In this document: positions 10,513 through 20,476 of the stretch, piece by piece
Layout: each line of letters starts with the position of its first letter
Position numbering within the stretch: position 1 is the stretch's first letter
Assembly: GCA_016839815.1 (NCBI GenBank)
Contig: JAEOTM010000069.1
Location: forward strand, 1-64,000
Reading direction: 5' to 3'
DNA length: 64,000 bases
Source: Candidatus Hodarchaeota archaeon
GTDB lineage: Archaea; Asgardarchaeota; Heimdallarchaeia; Hodarchaeales; Hodarchaeaceae
The notes under the pieces: model-generated
What the model saw: the letters and a program-made list of their open reading frames with translations, nothing else
The model's database searches: none
Told to the model about the DNA's origin: nothing
Position numbers and translations under genes: made by a program

Positions 10513-11741
10513 GTGAATTTAATGGTCTGTATTGAAATAACTCCTAATATTTATTGGAATGGTTTGAATGATCGAACTAGTGACCTTTTTGAAGGGATCT
10601 GGCCGATCACGAAAGAAGGTGTTTCCTATAATTCCTATATCATTAATGATGAAAAAGTGGCATTGATTGATCTGGTAAAAGGGATCAAGACGGATGACTT
10701 TTTAAGTCAGATAGAAGAGGTTGTGGATCCAACAAAAGTAGATTATGTTATTATTAACCATATGGAACCTGATCATACAGGTATGATTAAAACCATGCGA
10801 AAAGTTGCTCCAAATGTTATATTTGTCGGTTCAGAAAGAACAAAACAAATGCTAGAAAAATTTTATCAGCTGGATACCAACTTCAAGATTGTAAAACTGG
10901 TGATAGTCTTGAACTTGGGACTCATGTTCTAGAATTTTATGATATCCCATTTGTCCACTGGCCGGAAACAATCGCCACCTATGAACGAACTAGCAAGATA
11001 TTATTTCCATGTGATGCATTTGGCAGTTATGGAGCGTTAGGAGGATCAATTTTTGACGATGAGTACGAAGATCTAGACTTTTACAAGGAAGAGGCGCTAC
11101 GTTATTATTCTAACATTATAGCAAAGTTTAGTCGTTTCACTTTGAAAGCAATTAACTTGTTAAAAGACTTAGATATTCAAATTATTGCACCCTCGCACGG
11201 TTTAATTTGGAGGAATCCAAAAGAAATAATAGACCTTTATGAAAAATGGGCCCGATATGGAACAGAAACGGCAGGAGAAGAAGGGGTCACCTTTCTCTAT
11301 GCCTCAATGTATGGAAATACTGAGAAACTCATGGGAGCAGTCGCTCAAGGCTTATCCCAGGAGGGAATCCCGATTAAAATATTTGATGTTGCCCGAACCC
11401 ACGTAAGTTATATTCTTCCTTACCTCTGGAAATATAGAGGAGTGGTTATTGGCACTCCTACTTACGAAGCAAAGCTCTTTCCCCCAATGGCTTATGTGTT
11501 AGATATTGCTACCTCAAAACGTGTTATTAACAAAGAAGTAATCCGATTTGGTTCATATGGATGGTCAGGTGGAGCCCAACGTGACCTAGAACCTCGGTTA
11601 GATAAACTCAAATGGAATCTCCTTGAATTTTATGAATGGCAGGGAGGTCCTACATTAGAAGATTTCCAAAAGGGGGAAGAACTAGGGAAAAGGTTTGCTC
11701 AGCATCTGAAAAATCTATATTTAACGCGAGAAAACGAGTGA
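10513..11741 (+). pseudogene. fprA: Flavodiiron protein FprA, split by a 1-nt frameshift near 10893-10896
   Basis: N-part has GVSYNSY and NHMEPDH. After the shift the frame reads TGDSLELGTHVLEFYDIPFVHWPET..LFPCDAFG, then APSHG and the flavodoxin domain (YASMYGNTE, FGSYGWSGG). Confidence 0.85.
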
Positions 11742-11835
11742 AATCAATCCTTCGGAATAATCAGAAAAAGATTCTTACTTAACGTTTAAAACCATAATCT
11801 CATCTAAAAAATCTCTGAAAGAAGAGTGACTGATT

Positions 11836-12807
11836 ATGAAATATCGTCGAATGGGACATACTGGAATAAAAGTTAGTGAAATAAGTTTAGGGGCTTGGTT
11901 GACTTATGGTGGAACTGTAGAGCAACAAAGTGCCGAAAAATGTTTAACTAAAGCTGTAGAATTAGGAATAAACTTCATTGATATTGCAGATGTGTATGCA
12001 CGCGGAAAAGCAGAAGAAGTTGTGGGTAAAGTAATTGCTAATTATGATAGAAAAGATTTAGTGATCTCTAGCAAAGTTTTTTGGCCAATGTCTGATGGAA
12101 TTAATGATAGAGGCCTTTCAAGAAAGCATATTATGGAAAGTATTGATCGTTCCTTAGAAAGAATTGGAACAGACTATTTAGATATTTATTTTGCACATAG
12201 GTTTGATTATTATACAGATCTGGAAGAAACTATTCGAGCGATGTCAGATTTGGTTGATCAGGGAGTTGTTCATTATTGGGGTTCATCAGTATGGCCTGCA
12301 GTCCAGTTAGAACGCGCGGTATGGTTAGCCAAAGATTTGGGACTACATCCGCCTCGTGTTGAGCAACCACGGTATAATATGCTAGATAGATTTATTGAAT
12401 TAGATATCATGGAGACCTGCAACCGAAACGGGATCGGAATTGTCTGTTGGTCACCCTTAGCTCAAGGAGTATTAACTGGGAAGTATAATGATGGAATTCC
12501 TGAAGGAAGTCGTGCTACCACAAGTGATTTTATTAAGCACGATTTAACTGAAGAGAATTTCGCTAGAGTTCGTCGATTACAAGAAATTGCTGCAAGTAAA
12601 GATATAGCAGTAAGTCAGCTAGCTCTTGCATGGATCCTCAGAAGAGAGGAGATGACGAGTACCATTACTGGAGCTACTTCTGAATCACATGTAATCTCCA
12701 ATGTCGCAGCGTCTGATATTCCTTTAGATAATGAAACATTGGAAGAAATTGAGACAATTTTGAAGAATAAACCTGAAACTCATCCTGTTTATCGACCACC
12801 CTGGTAA
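11836..12807 (+). CDS. Aldo/keto reductase (Kv-beta/AKR6-like)
   Basis: MKYRRMG..G.KVSEISLGAW, D..DVY..G.AE, SKVFWPM, GLSRKHI, WSPLAQGVLTGKY. Confidence 0.92.
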   Translation: MKYRRMGHTGIKVSEISLGAWLTYGGTVEQQSAEKCLTKAVELGINFIDIADVYARGKAEEVVGKVIANYDRKDLVISSKVFWPMSDGINDRGLSRKHIMESIDRSLERIGTDYLDIYFAHRFDYYTDLEETIRAMSDLVDQGVVHYWGSSVWPAVQLERAVWLAKDLGLHPPRVEQPRYNMLDRFIELDIMETCNRNGIGIVCWSPLAQGVLTGKYNDGIPEGSRATTSDFIKHDLTEENFARVRRLQEIAASKDIAVSQLALAWILRREEMTSTITGATSESHVISNVAASDIPLDNETLEEIETILKNKPETHPVYRPPW

Positions 12808-12821
12808 AAAAACAAGAAAAA

Positions 12822-12938
12822 AATAATTTACGTAGTCACCACGGACGCAACAACGTAGGTGTACAAACAATTTGGAGTGAATGAGATTTTAGGGGGATGA
12901 TTTATGGGAAAGCAAAGATTGGGACTACGTAAATTATT
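12822..12938. repeat. Perfect 16-bp inverted repeat enclosing 85 nt
   Basis: aataatttacgtagtc (12822-12837) is the exact reverse complement of gactacgtaaattatt (12923-12938). Confidence 0.85.
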
Positions 12939-12956
12939 AGACGAAAGTAGGAACTG

Positions 12957-13121
12957 TTAAGCGGCAGATCGGTCAATCTTCTCTGGGGATTTAACTTCAG
13001 GCACGAGATTTTGGGTGTAAAGAACACCATTGTAGTTAAGGTATTCTAAGGCGAGTCGAAGTCGTGTTTCTTGATGGATTAAAGCTAGCCGCTCGTCAGA
13101 GTTTAGCACTGGTTGAGTCAT
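12957..13121 (-). CDS. Small protein, LEYLNY-family paralog 1 (54 aa; not in ORF track)
   Basis: MTQPVLNSDERLALIHQETRLRLALEYLNYNGVLYTQNLVPEVKSPEKIDRSAA*; GAGG RBS-like sequence upstream; similar to 13319..13474. Confidence 0.7.
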   Translation of the reverse strand: MTQPVLNSDERLALIHQETRLRLALEYLNYNGVLYTQNLVPEVKSPEKIDRSAA

Positions 13122-13318
13122 TTAGTTCCTCTAATTTATGAACCTCAACCTTAATTTTTATAGTTCCGTAACATTTCCAGAATATACCTCTCTGTAGAAC
13201 TACCCATTGTGTAGTTTTATAGAAAAAAGAGAAAAGGAGAAAAGGGAGAAAAAGGCGGTTGAGAGTCTTCTTGACCCGACTTAAATAATCAATGGACGCT
13301 CTTTACGATTATCTTATG

Positions 13319-13474
13319 TTAGTACGCAGATGACCCAATAATTTTCAGTGAGCTTTTCTGGTCCTCCGTACTCGGTTCACTACGAACGCTCGTAAACACG
13401 GGGCCAGTATAATTGAGATATTCGAGAGTACTTTGTAATCGTTCTTGTGATGGTTGTAGTAATGGCCTTTTCAT
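13319..13474 (-). CDS. Small protein, LEYLNY-family paralog 2 (51 aa; not in ORF track)
   Basis: MKRPLLQPSQERLQSTLEYLNYTGPVFTSVRSEPSTEDQKSSLKIIGSSAY*; TATA-like aaatataaata ~25 nt upstream; pyrimidine tract downstream (13221-13254 on the minus strand). Confidence 0.7.
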   Translation of the reverse strand: MKRPLLQPSQERLQSTLEYLNYTGPVFTSVRSEPSTEDQKSSLKIIGSSAY

Positions 13475-13559
13475 ACAAAACCAGAAGACCAGAGGTATTT
13501 ATATTTCTGGGTGATACGTCAGTAGTACGAAGAGAAGATTATCCCATCTACTAGAAGAT

Positions 13560-13719
13560 GCTAGAAATGGAAAAAAATTAACTTATTAATCCTATACAAG
13601 ACTTGAAAGGGGAGACGATGAAAGCTGGGGAGATTCTTCAAGTCTACGGAGATAAAGGGGACCTTGATATTTTAAATAAGCAAGAACTTCATTTAGATTA
13701 CTTAAGTCAAGTGAATTAG
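13560..13719 (+). pseudogene. Possible TrkA-C/RCK-C domain remnant
   Basis: ARNGKKL, then after a frameshift LINPIQDLKGETMKAGEILQVYGDKGDLDIL; resembles the RCK-C pattern R-x-G...P...GD-L-V-G. Confidence 0.3.
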
Positions 13720-13917
13720 TATCGATCATTTTCCTCAACTATTATTCTTTTTTTTGTTTATATATTCATAATTGTCTACGTGAATTACGAGATATCGCTA
13801 TAAAAACCCGTAGAGGGGGAATATTAGATCTTATTATGCCTTTACTTACGCACTAAGTCTTGAAGGAACAACATTTTTACAGTTGCATCCGATAAAAAAA
13901 AGGAGAAGAAAAAAAGA

Positions 13918-15159
13918 TTAGTTTTTACTTAGATATTCACGAATCGCAATTGCAGCAGCACTTCCTTCTCCCGCTGCGGCGACTGCTTGCTTTACGGATC
14001 CTAATCGACAATCCCCAGCAGCAAATATTCCTTTCGCAGACGTTTGTTGGTTAGTAGTTACTACAAAGCCTTGAGAATCCAGAGTGATATGCTTCAAAAA
14101 CACTGTATTCGGTGATAAGCCGATAAAAACAAAGATTCCATCAGGATAATACTCTTCCACTTTACCTGTATCATGATGTTTAACTGTAACCTTCTCTAAC
14201 TTATCCTCACCAAATAATTCTACCACTTCGGAATTTACCCAAACATCCATTCCCTCTCTATCCTTTACTTTCTCTTGTAAAACTGGTGAAGCCCGTGGTT
14301 TGTCTTTACGAACAAGGATAGTCACTTCTTTCGCAAATTTCTCCTTCAAAAACAATGACTCTTCAAAAGCACTGTTTCCTCCTCCTACTACAAATATCTT
14401 TTTATTTTTATAGAAGAATCCATCACAAGTGGCACAATAATGGATAGTTACTCCTAAAAGTGCATCAGAACCAGGAACAACCAGCTGACGATAATTTGAT
14501 CCTGTTGCAATCAAAACTGTTGAGCAAGTAAACTCCTGAGACTCTGTTTTTACTACTCTGAACTGACATTCCTCAAAGGAGCCGTCTTGATGGCAAGTAC
14601 TCACCTCAAGTACCTTTTGCGGAGAAAGAATTTCCACTCCAAACCGTTCAGCCTGTGTCTTTACATTTTCAGCAAATTGAGCACCAGAGATCCCCTCTGG
14701 AAATCCTGGGAAGTTATCCAGTTTATTAGTAATAAAGGCTTGTCCTCCCACTGTTGACTGTTCTATGACTAGAACATCATACCCATCTCTTGCAAGGTAA
14801 ATAGCTGCAGTGAGACCTGCTGGTCCCGCGCCTATAATAATCGTATGGTAAAATGATTTCTTAGCTTTTGTTGCTAATCCTAAAAAATTTGCCAGCTCAA
14901 AATTACTGGGTTCCACAAAGATTTTTCGTTCTCCTTCCTTAATTACTTCCACTGCAGGGATTTTTCGTTTTTTTGTACTAAAAATCTCTTCATTCGTATC
15001 ATACACAAACTGTAACGCCTTTTCTCCTTCTGGACCTGGCCTTTCTATATCAAACCATCCATAATGAATTCGTTGTTCCCCTAAATATTTTTTGGTACGT
15101 CTACAGTCACTACACCAATTTGCACCGTAGACATTAACTATTACATCTTCTGTAGGCAT
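13918..15159 (-). CDS. Glutaredoxin/NrdH-thioredoxin reductase fusion
   Basis: N-terminal VYGANWCSDC redoxin domain, followed by TrxB with GAGPAG, YCATCDG, GGGNSAFEE, GIFAAGD. Confidence 0.9.
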   Translation of the reverse strand: MPTEDVIVNVYGANWCSDCRRTKKYLGEQRIHYGWFDIERPGPEGEKALQFVYDTNEEIFSTKKRKIPAVEVIKEGERKIFVEPSNFELANFLGLATKAKKSFYHTIIIGAGPAGLTAAIYLARDGYDVLVIEQSTVGGQAFITNKLDNFPGFPEGISGAQFAENVKTQAERFGVEILSPQKVLEVSTCHQDGSFEECQFRVVKTESQEFTCSTVLIATGSNYRQLVVPGSDALLGVTIHYCATCDGFFYKNKKIFVVGGGNSAFEESLFLKEKFAKEVTILVRKDKPRASPVLQEKVKDREGMDVWVNSEVVELFGEDKLEKVTVKHHDTGKVEEYYPDGIFVFIGLSPNTVFLKHITLDSQGFVVTTNQQTSAKGIFAAGDCRLGSVKQAVAAAGEGSAAAIAIREYLSKN

Positions 15160-15177
15160 TACTTTCCTCTCTCATTG

Positions 15178-16350
15178 TTAACTATACACTCTATCAAATA
15201 CAGGGGCATACTTGGATAGCATATACCGTCCTATGATCATTCGCTGTACTTGACTCGTTCCTTCATAAATTTGGTACAACTTTGCATCTCGGAAAAGCTT
15301 CTCAATTAGGTAATTGGTAGTATACCCGTACCCTCCAAAGATTTGTAGGGCATCTGAAGCGGTTTTCATGCCATAATCTGTTGCAAATGCCTTGGCACAA
15401 CTAGCCATTACGGTATTATCCTGTCCTTGGTCTGCCTGCCAAGCTGATTGCCAGGTTAAGAGTCGCGCGGCCTCATAGTGCATCTTCATTTCAGCAATCA
15501 TAAATTGAATGGCTTGAAAGTTGGCGATCTCTGTTTCGAAGGCTTTTCTCTTTTTAGCATAGGCAATTGCGTACTCCATGGCCCCTCGAGCCATCCCGCA
15601 GGCAAATGCACCAATTGTAGGACGAGTATGAGCAAAAGTTTGCATTGCTAGTGGAAAAGCTTTTCCTGGTTCTCCAAGAACATTTTCTATTGGTACTCGC
15701 ACATCCCCTAACCGCAACATAACTGTATTCGATGCTTTATGACCCATTTTCGGTATAGGTTTTCCAAGGGTTAACCCCTTACTTTTTGTAGGAACGACAA
15801 CAGCCGTGATACCTTTATGTCTTGTAGTTCCCTCCAAACGACAGAAAAGACTTATTATTAAGCTTACTCCACCGTTTGTTATCCACATCTTTCGGCCATT
15901 GATAATTAGTTCATCCTCTTCTACTCTAGCTGTTGTAGATATTCCTGCTACATCACTCCCCATTCCTGGTTCGCTTGTAGCAAAGGACGCAAACTGTAGT
16001 TTTTCTGTAAACGGTCTCAGAAATTTTTCTTTCTGTTCTTCATTTCCCCCTAAAATAATTGGTTCCTGTCCTAGACTATTGCAGAAAAGCGAAGTCGTTA
16101 TCCCTGGATCGGCTGCTGCTGTTTCCTCAACTAATAAACATGAATCAAGAATACCCATTCCCTGTCCTCCATACTCTGAGGGAATTGTGATATTAAGTAA
16201 CCCCTGTTTAAACGCCTTTTCATAGACATCGTATGGAAATTCTCCCGTTTGATCATATTTGCGGGAAACTGGAAGTATTTCGTTTATCGCAAACTCACGT
16301 GCTTTCTGTTGAAGTACCATTTGCTTTTTGGATAAGCTAAAATCAATCAT
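15178..16350 (-). CDS. Acyl-CoA dehydrogenase
   Basis: SEPGMGSD, INGRKMWITNG, QIFGGYGY, RDAKLYQIYEGTSQVQR. Confidence 0.95.
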   Translation of the reverse strand: MIDFSLSKKQMVLQQKAREFAINEILPVSRKYDQTGEFPYDVYEKAFKQGLLNITIPSEYGGQGMGILDSCLLVEETAAADPGITTSLFCNSLGQEPIILGGNEEQKEKFLRPFTEKLQFASFATSEPGMGSDVAGISTTARVEEDELIINGRKMWITNGGVSLIISLFCRLEGTTRHKGITAVVVPTKSKGLTLGKPIPKMGHKASNTVMLRLGDVRVPIENVLGEPGKAFPLAMQTFAHTRPTIGAFACGMARGAMEYAIAYAKKRKAFETEIANFQAIQFMIAEMKMHYEAARLLTWQSAWQADQGQDNTVMASCAKAFATDYGMKTASDALQIFGGYGYTTNYLIEKLFRDAKLYQIYEGTSQVQRMIIGRYMLSKYAPVFDRVYS

Positions 16351-16545
16351 CGTTAAGACACCTACAATGGTAACTTGAATAACAAATACCTTCCCTCAAT
16401 TCCTTCAAAAATATTCGCCCAATGATTGCGTAAGTGGGTTATAGTAATTCGAAATTACTTAAGATGTACTGAAAAATTGAATTTTACTTCTCTTGGTAGA
16501 GATAGTAATAAGAATTCAATTCCCGATATCAGTTATTCAAGTTCT

Positions 16546-18360
16546 TTACAGTTCACTCTCATCATATTCTATGGGGAGTATTTCTTGGTTCATAATACTT
16601 GAATTACCTTCCCTTCTCCTAGAAAGATCGAATGGAAGAAATGTAAAACAGAGAAGGAGAATCATTACTATCACAAAAGCGAATAGCGGAGCAGTTACGT
16701 TCCAATCAAACATAAAAAGGAATGGACGTGCGACGTTAAGCTCCATTCCAATGGTGATGTTATAGCGACGTGCTAGTATTCCAAGAAAGGAACCATATTC
16801 CATTAAACCGACACTAGTTATAAAACCTAGTCCAAATGATAACCGAAGTTTTCGTAAAAGAAGTTCCGATTTATTTTGTTGAAATTGACACCCGATAATC
16901 ATACCCATTGGTAGACTGATGAGCAAAATTATGAAGAGTGTACTCAGAGGTAACCAGAGATATTGGTCGTCAAATAGCCTTGCTGTCGTTGATATTGAAT
17001 TTCCAATGTATAAGAATAATCCTGTAATTATTACAGTCGGAAGAAGATTAGAAATATGCTTCTGACCCCGAGGAAGTAATTTGGTAAGTATAAAACCTAT
17101 CACAGCAGCTAGCCCACTTATTCCACCTACTAAACAGATCAGGCGAAGGGAAGCCAGTATGCGACTGAAAATATCCTGTCCAGCCCAATTTGTACCAAAG
17201 ATATGAGCACCTCCTGGAGCAGTTAAAGGTAGAAATCCCTCATTAAAATCATCGTGCACGGGATCAAAAGGAGTAAGGAAGGAAATTCCTACCAAAACTA
17301 CAAGAAAGGCTAAAAAACCAATTATTAGAATTCTTTCACTTCGATTATGCTTGAAATCCGCTCTGATTTGATTTACAATTTCATCAAGAGATCTGGAAGA
17401 TTGTTCATCTAAACTATCAGTTTTCAACGGAAGAGGAATGAGACTAATAATGATAAATCCAATAAGAATCATAAATCCATAATTATACACTGAAGCGAAT
17501 ATGACAGGTATGTTCCTTATCATTAAGCTAGCATGAAAGTACCGTCCAAGGCCGGGCCACATATAAAGTGTTTCAAATATAAAATCTCCAAGGAAAAACG
17601 AAAAATATGTCAGTTTAAGTGTAGTCCGAATCTCCAGCTTAGCAGCAATTGTGATTAATCCAACCATTATCGCGAAGAAACTTATGCTTAATACAGGAAG
17701 GAAATTTCGTGCCATAGACGGTACATCATCCCGCCATCCTGGTACAATTCGCACTCCTTCCCAAATTAACCCTGGATCGAAGACTGATTGAAAGATAAGA
17801 ATGATTAAGAAGAGTAAGAATGGACTGGTTATCGCGATAATTTTCACTACTGTGTCCAATAATCTTGATTTATAGAGATTAATATCTTCCAATACTCTAA
17901 TTATTATAAAAGGAGAAAGTATGATTATAGTGAGAGTTAAAGCTCCACTCATAATTACTTCAGTAGCACCTGAGAGTGATGCAAGCTCTCCTGCGATAGC
18001 TCCACCAGTAACCCAGTTTGTACCAAAATCTCCACTGAAATATTTCGAAAAAAGGTCTACTACTGAAAACGGGAATGCTGGAAGATTCAAACTAGTTCGA
18101 AGGGCATTGTATTGATCCATTAAGGGTGCTAATTCCTCAGTAGATAACTTTGGTAGTATTGTTCTCGGATCAACTGCTCCTCCGAATATTAATACTAGTA
18201 AGTCTCCAATTAATAAGTTATAAATAGTAAAGAGAACTGTAAAGGCAATTAAAAACGCAAGAACTGATGTCAGTATTGAAAATCCTGCATTTATAGCATA
18301 TGGTTTTGAGTAAATTCTCAATTTCTCAATGATCTCATCTTGTATAGGTTGTTCTTCCAT
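16546..18360 (-). CDS. Fused OppB/OppC-like ABC permease (divergent)
   Basis: GDFGTNW and ETLYMWPGLG (OppB-like); APGGAHIFGTNWAGQDIFSRIL (OppC-like). Confidence 0.75.
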   Translation of the reverse strand: MEEQPIQDEIIEKLRIYSKPYAINAGFSILTSVLAFLIAFTVLFTIYNLLIGDLLVLIFGGAVDPRTILPKLSTEELAPLMDQYNALRTSLNLPAFPFSVVDLFSKYFSGDFGTNWVTGGAIAGELASLSGATEVIMSGALTLTIIILSPFIIIRVLEDINLYKSRLLDTVVKIIAITSPFLLFLIILIFQSVFDPGLIWEGVRIVPGWRDDVPSMARNFLPVLSISFFAIMVGLITIAAKLEIRTTLKLTYFSFFLGDFIFETLYMWPGLGRYFHASLMIRNIPVIFASVYNYGFMILIGFIIISLIPLPLKTDSLDEQSSRSLDEIVNQIRADFKHNRSERILIIGFLAFLVVLVGISFLTPFDPVHDDFNEGFLPLTAPGGAHIFGTNWAGQDIFSRILASLRLICLVGGISGLAAVIGFILTKLLPRGQKHISNLLPTVIITGLFLYIGNSISTTARLFDDQYLWLPLSTLFIILLISLPMGMIIGCQFQQNKSELLLRKLRLSFGLGFITSVGLMEYGSFLGILARRYNITIGMELNVARPFLFMFDWNVTAPLFAFVIVMILLLCFTFLPFDLSRRREGNSSIMNQEILPIEYDESEL

Positions 18361-18667
18361 AATATACCCCTCAACTAAAAAGGAGATTGTTAAATCTGAT
18401 TCACTATTGATGTCAATAACGAATTTAAAAGATTTATCTCCCCAAAAGTTTGAAATGATTCAATGTAAAGATTCTTCCCTTGTTAGTTCAGAGGGTAATT
18501 TTTTACAACAATTTGCCAGAGTCTTCATCAATCTGGAATAAATATAACTGATTCCCCCCTTTACCTCTTAAATGTGTGCGACGAACAGCAGAAATTATAT
18601 AATTTGGGACTATTTGGCAATAAACTGATCTATTTTTCTAAACACATATTTCTAAGGGTATTTTTCG

Positions 18668-19309
18668 ATGAAATCTCTTTCACGGGGCATTCTAATCGCT
18701 TTTGAAGGTATCGATGGCTCTGGAAAGACTACCCAAATTCATAAAGTAGCAGAGTACTTACGAGGTTTGAATTTCTCACTAACCTTAACGCATGAACCAA
18801 ATCCCAACAGCCCATTTTGTCAATTAATTCAACAGAAAGTGAAAAAGCAACGGGAACAGGTTTCTCCTGAACAGGAATTAGAGTGGTATACAGAGGATCG
18901 ACGATGGGATATCGAGAATAATATTCTTCCTGCACTAAAGAGAAATGAACTAGTGTTAGTTGATCGGTATTATTTATCGAGTGCGGCATATCAAGGTGCC
19001 TTAGAAGTTTTCACCATGGACTATGTCTTAGAAAGAAATGCTTTCGCCAAACGTCCAGATCTATGGATTATCCTAGATGTTCCAGTCAAACTCGGCCAAG
19101 CACGACTACAAATGCGTAATAAGCGAAATGATGACCAGTTGGAAAAAGCCGAATATCAGAAAAAGGTTCTAGTTAATTATCACAAACTCTCCGATATGGA
19201 TATCGGTGGTAAAGTAATATGGATTGATGCGAGTATTGAGGAAACTGAATTAACCCAGGTTATTACGAAGACAATACTTGAATTTCTCGAAGAGTATATT
19301 GTACAGTAA
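18668..19309 (+). CDS. tmk: Thymidylate kinase
   Basis: IAFEGIDGSGKTTQ, THEP, DRYYLSSAAYQG, PDLWIILDV. Confidence 0.95.
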   Translation: MKSLSRGILIAFEGIDGSGKTTQIHKVAEYLRGLNFSLTLTHEPNPNSPFCQLIQQKVKKQREQVSPEQELEWYTEDRRWDIENNILPALKRNELVLVDRYYLSSAAYQGALEVFTMDYVLERNAFAKRPDLWIILDVPVKLGQARLQMRNKRNDDQLEKAEYQKKVLVNYHKLSDMDIGGKVIWIDASIEETELTQVITKTILEFLEEYIVQ

Positions 19310-19783
19310 TCACTTTTTCAAAAGAGCTCGTGCAGATGTAATATAGCCTTCCAGATTCCGTAAAGTTTCTTGTTGAAAGGTTTGTACAGTCTCAGCTGTT
19401 TTGGTATTATCATAAATTGCACTGGCCTGCTGAAGAATTTTAATATCATTAATGAGTTTGGATATGTCTTTGATCAATTTCTCGTCTTTTTCGAAGTTCA
19501 TGCCTCGTATTCTGACTAGTAAGGCTAACGCGTCAGTAAACTGAAGATCATAGACCAGAATAAGCGCACGAATAAAGAGACTTTGTGAAATCACTAATTG
19601 GGCATTATAATCAGCATTTCTATCTATTCGATTCAAAAATTGAATTGCTGTCTGGACCTGACCTTCCTCTATGTATGCCTTTGCCAACATGAAATTCCTG
19701 AAATCACGAAGTTCCATAAAATTCTGGAGAGCATTCTCTATCCGTTGTAGTGATAGCCGAATTTCTCCATCAAGTAATGCCAT
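19310..19783 (-). CDS. Helical/TPR-like hypothetical protein
   Basis: Helical repeat pattern (LAKAYIEEGQVQTAIQFL); may be a truncated TPR protein. Confidence 0.5.
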   Translation of the reverse strand: MALLDGEIRLSLQRIENALQNFMELRDFRNFMLAKAYIEEGQVQTAIQFLNRIDRNADYNAQLVISQSLFIRALILVYDLQFTDALALLVRIRGMNFEKDEKLIKDISKLINDIKILQQASAIYDNTKTAETVQTFQQETLRNLEGYITSARALLKK

Positions 19784-19983
19784 CGGTTAGGTCAACCCAA
19801 ATTGAATTTTATCTCAGATTATCCTGTCTTTATATGATCTAATAGAAGTCACCTTTCTTACTGACTTCTCATGTTCCTCGAAGAAGGTGTCTGATTATAA
19901 AGATTTGGATAATTACTGTGTAGTTATTTTGCTCAAAAACGGTAAGTAACTCCCTCTGATAATCATCATTGAAATAGAAATAT

Positions 19984-20271
19984 TTATCTTGTTCGCTTAA
20001 TGATATGATAGCCAAACTTCGTTTTTACTGGAATTTGTGTCATCTGGTTCTTTTGTAATGCGAATGCAGCTTTTTCAAATTCTTTAACCATTTGTCCGCG
20101 TCCGAATTCTCCTAGATTTCCTCCTTTTTTCTTTGACGGACAAGTACTGTGTTTTCGTGCCATTTCTTCAAACTTTGCACCACCATTGATTTCCTCAATG
20201 ATTTCCTCTGCTAAAGTCTTCTTCTCTACAAGTATATGGCGTGCTGTTACTTTATTTGTCATAATCATCAA
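19984..20271 (-). CDS. ppiC: Parvulin-type peptidyl-prolyl isomerase
   Basis: ARHILV, FEEMARKHSTCPS, GGNLGEFGRGQMVKEFE, TKFGYHII. Confidence 0.93.
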   Translation of the reverse strand: MMIMTNKVTARHILVEKKTLAEEIIEEINGGAKFEEMARKHSTCPSKKKGGNLGEFGRGQMVKEFEKAAFALQKNQMTQIPVKTKFGYHIIKRTR

Positions 20272-20476
20272 CTTTTAGCGTTCTGGTAATTCTGGTAATG
20301 TGTGTGTTTCTGCATAATCCTTGATCATTTTCAAAATTTCGGTATCGGTTAAGACTTCATTCTGTTGTTTCTAGAAATTGTAGTTCCTTTGGACCCTTGA
20401 AAGAAGCAGATAAATCAAAATTCCAATCATAAACTAATTGCGATATATTTCGATACATCGGAATACCCTCTTTTGA

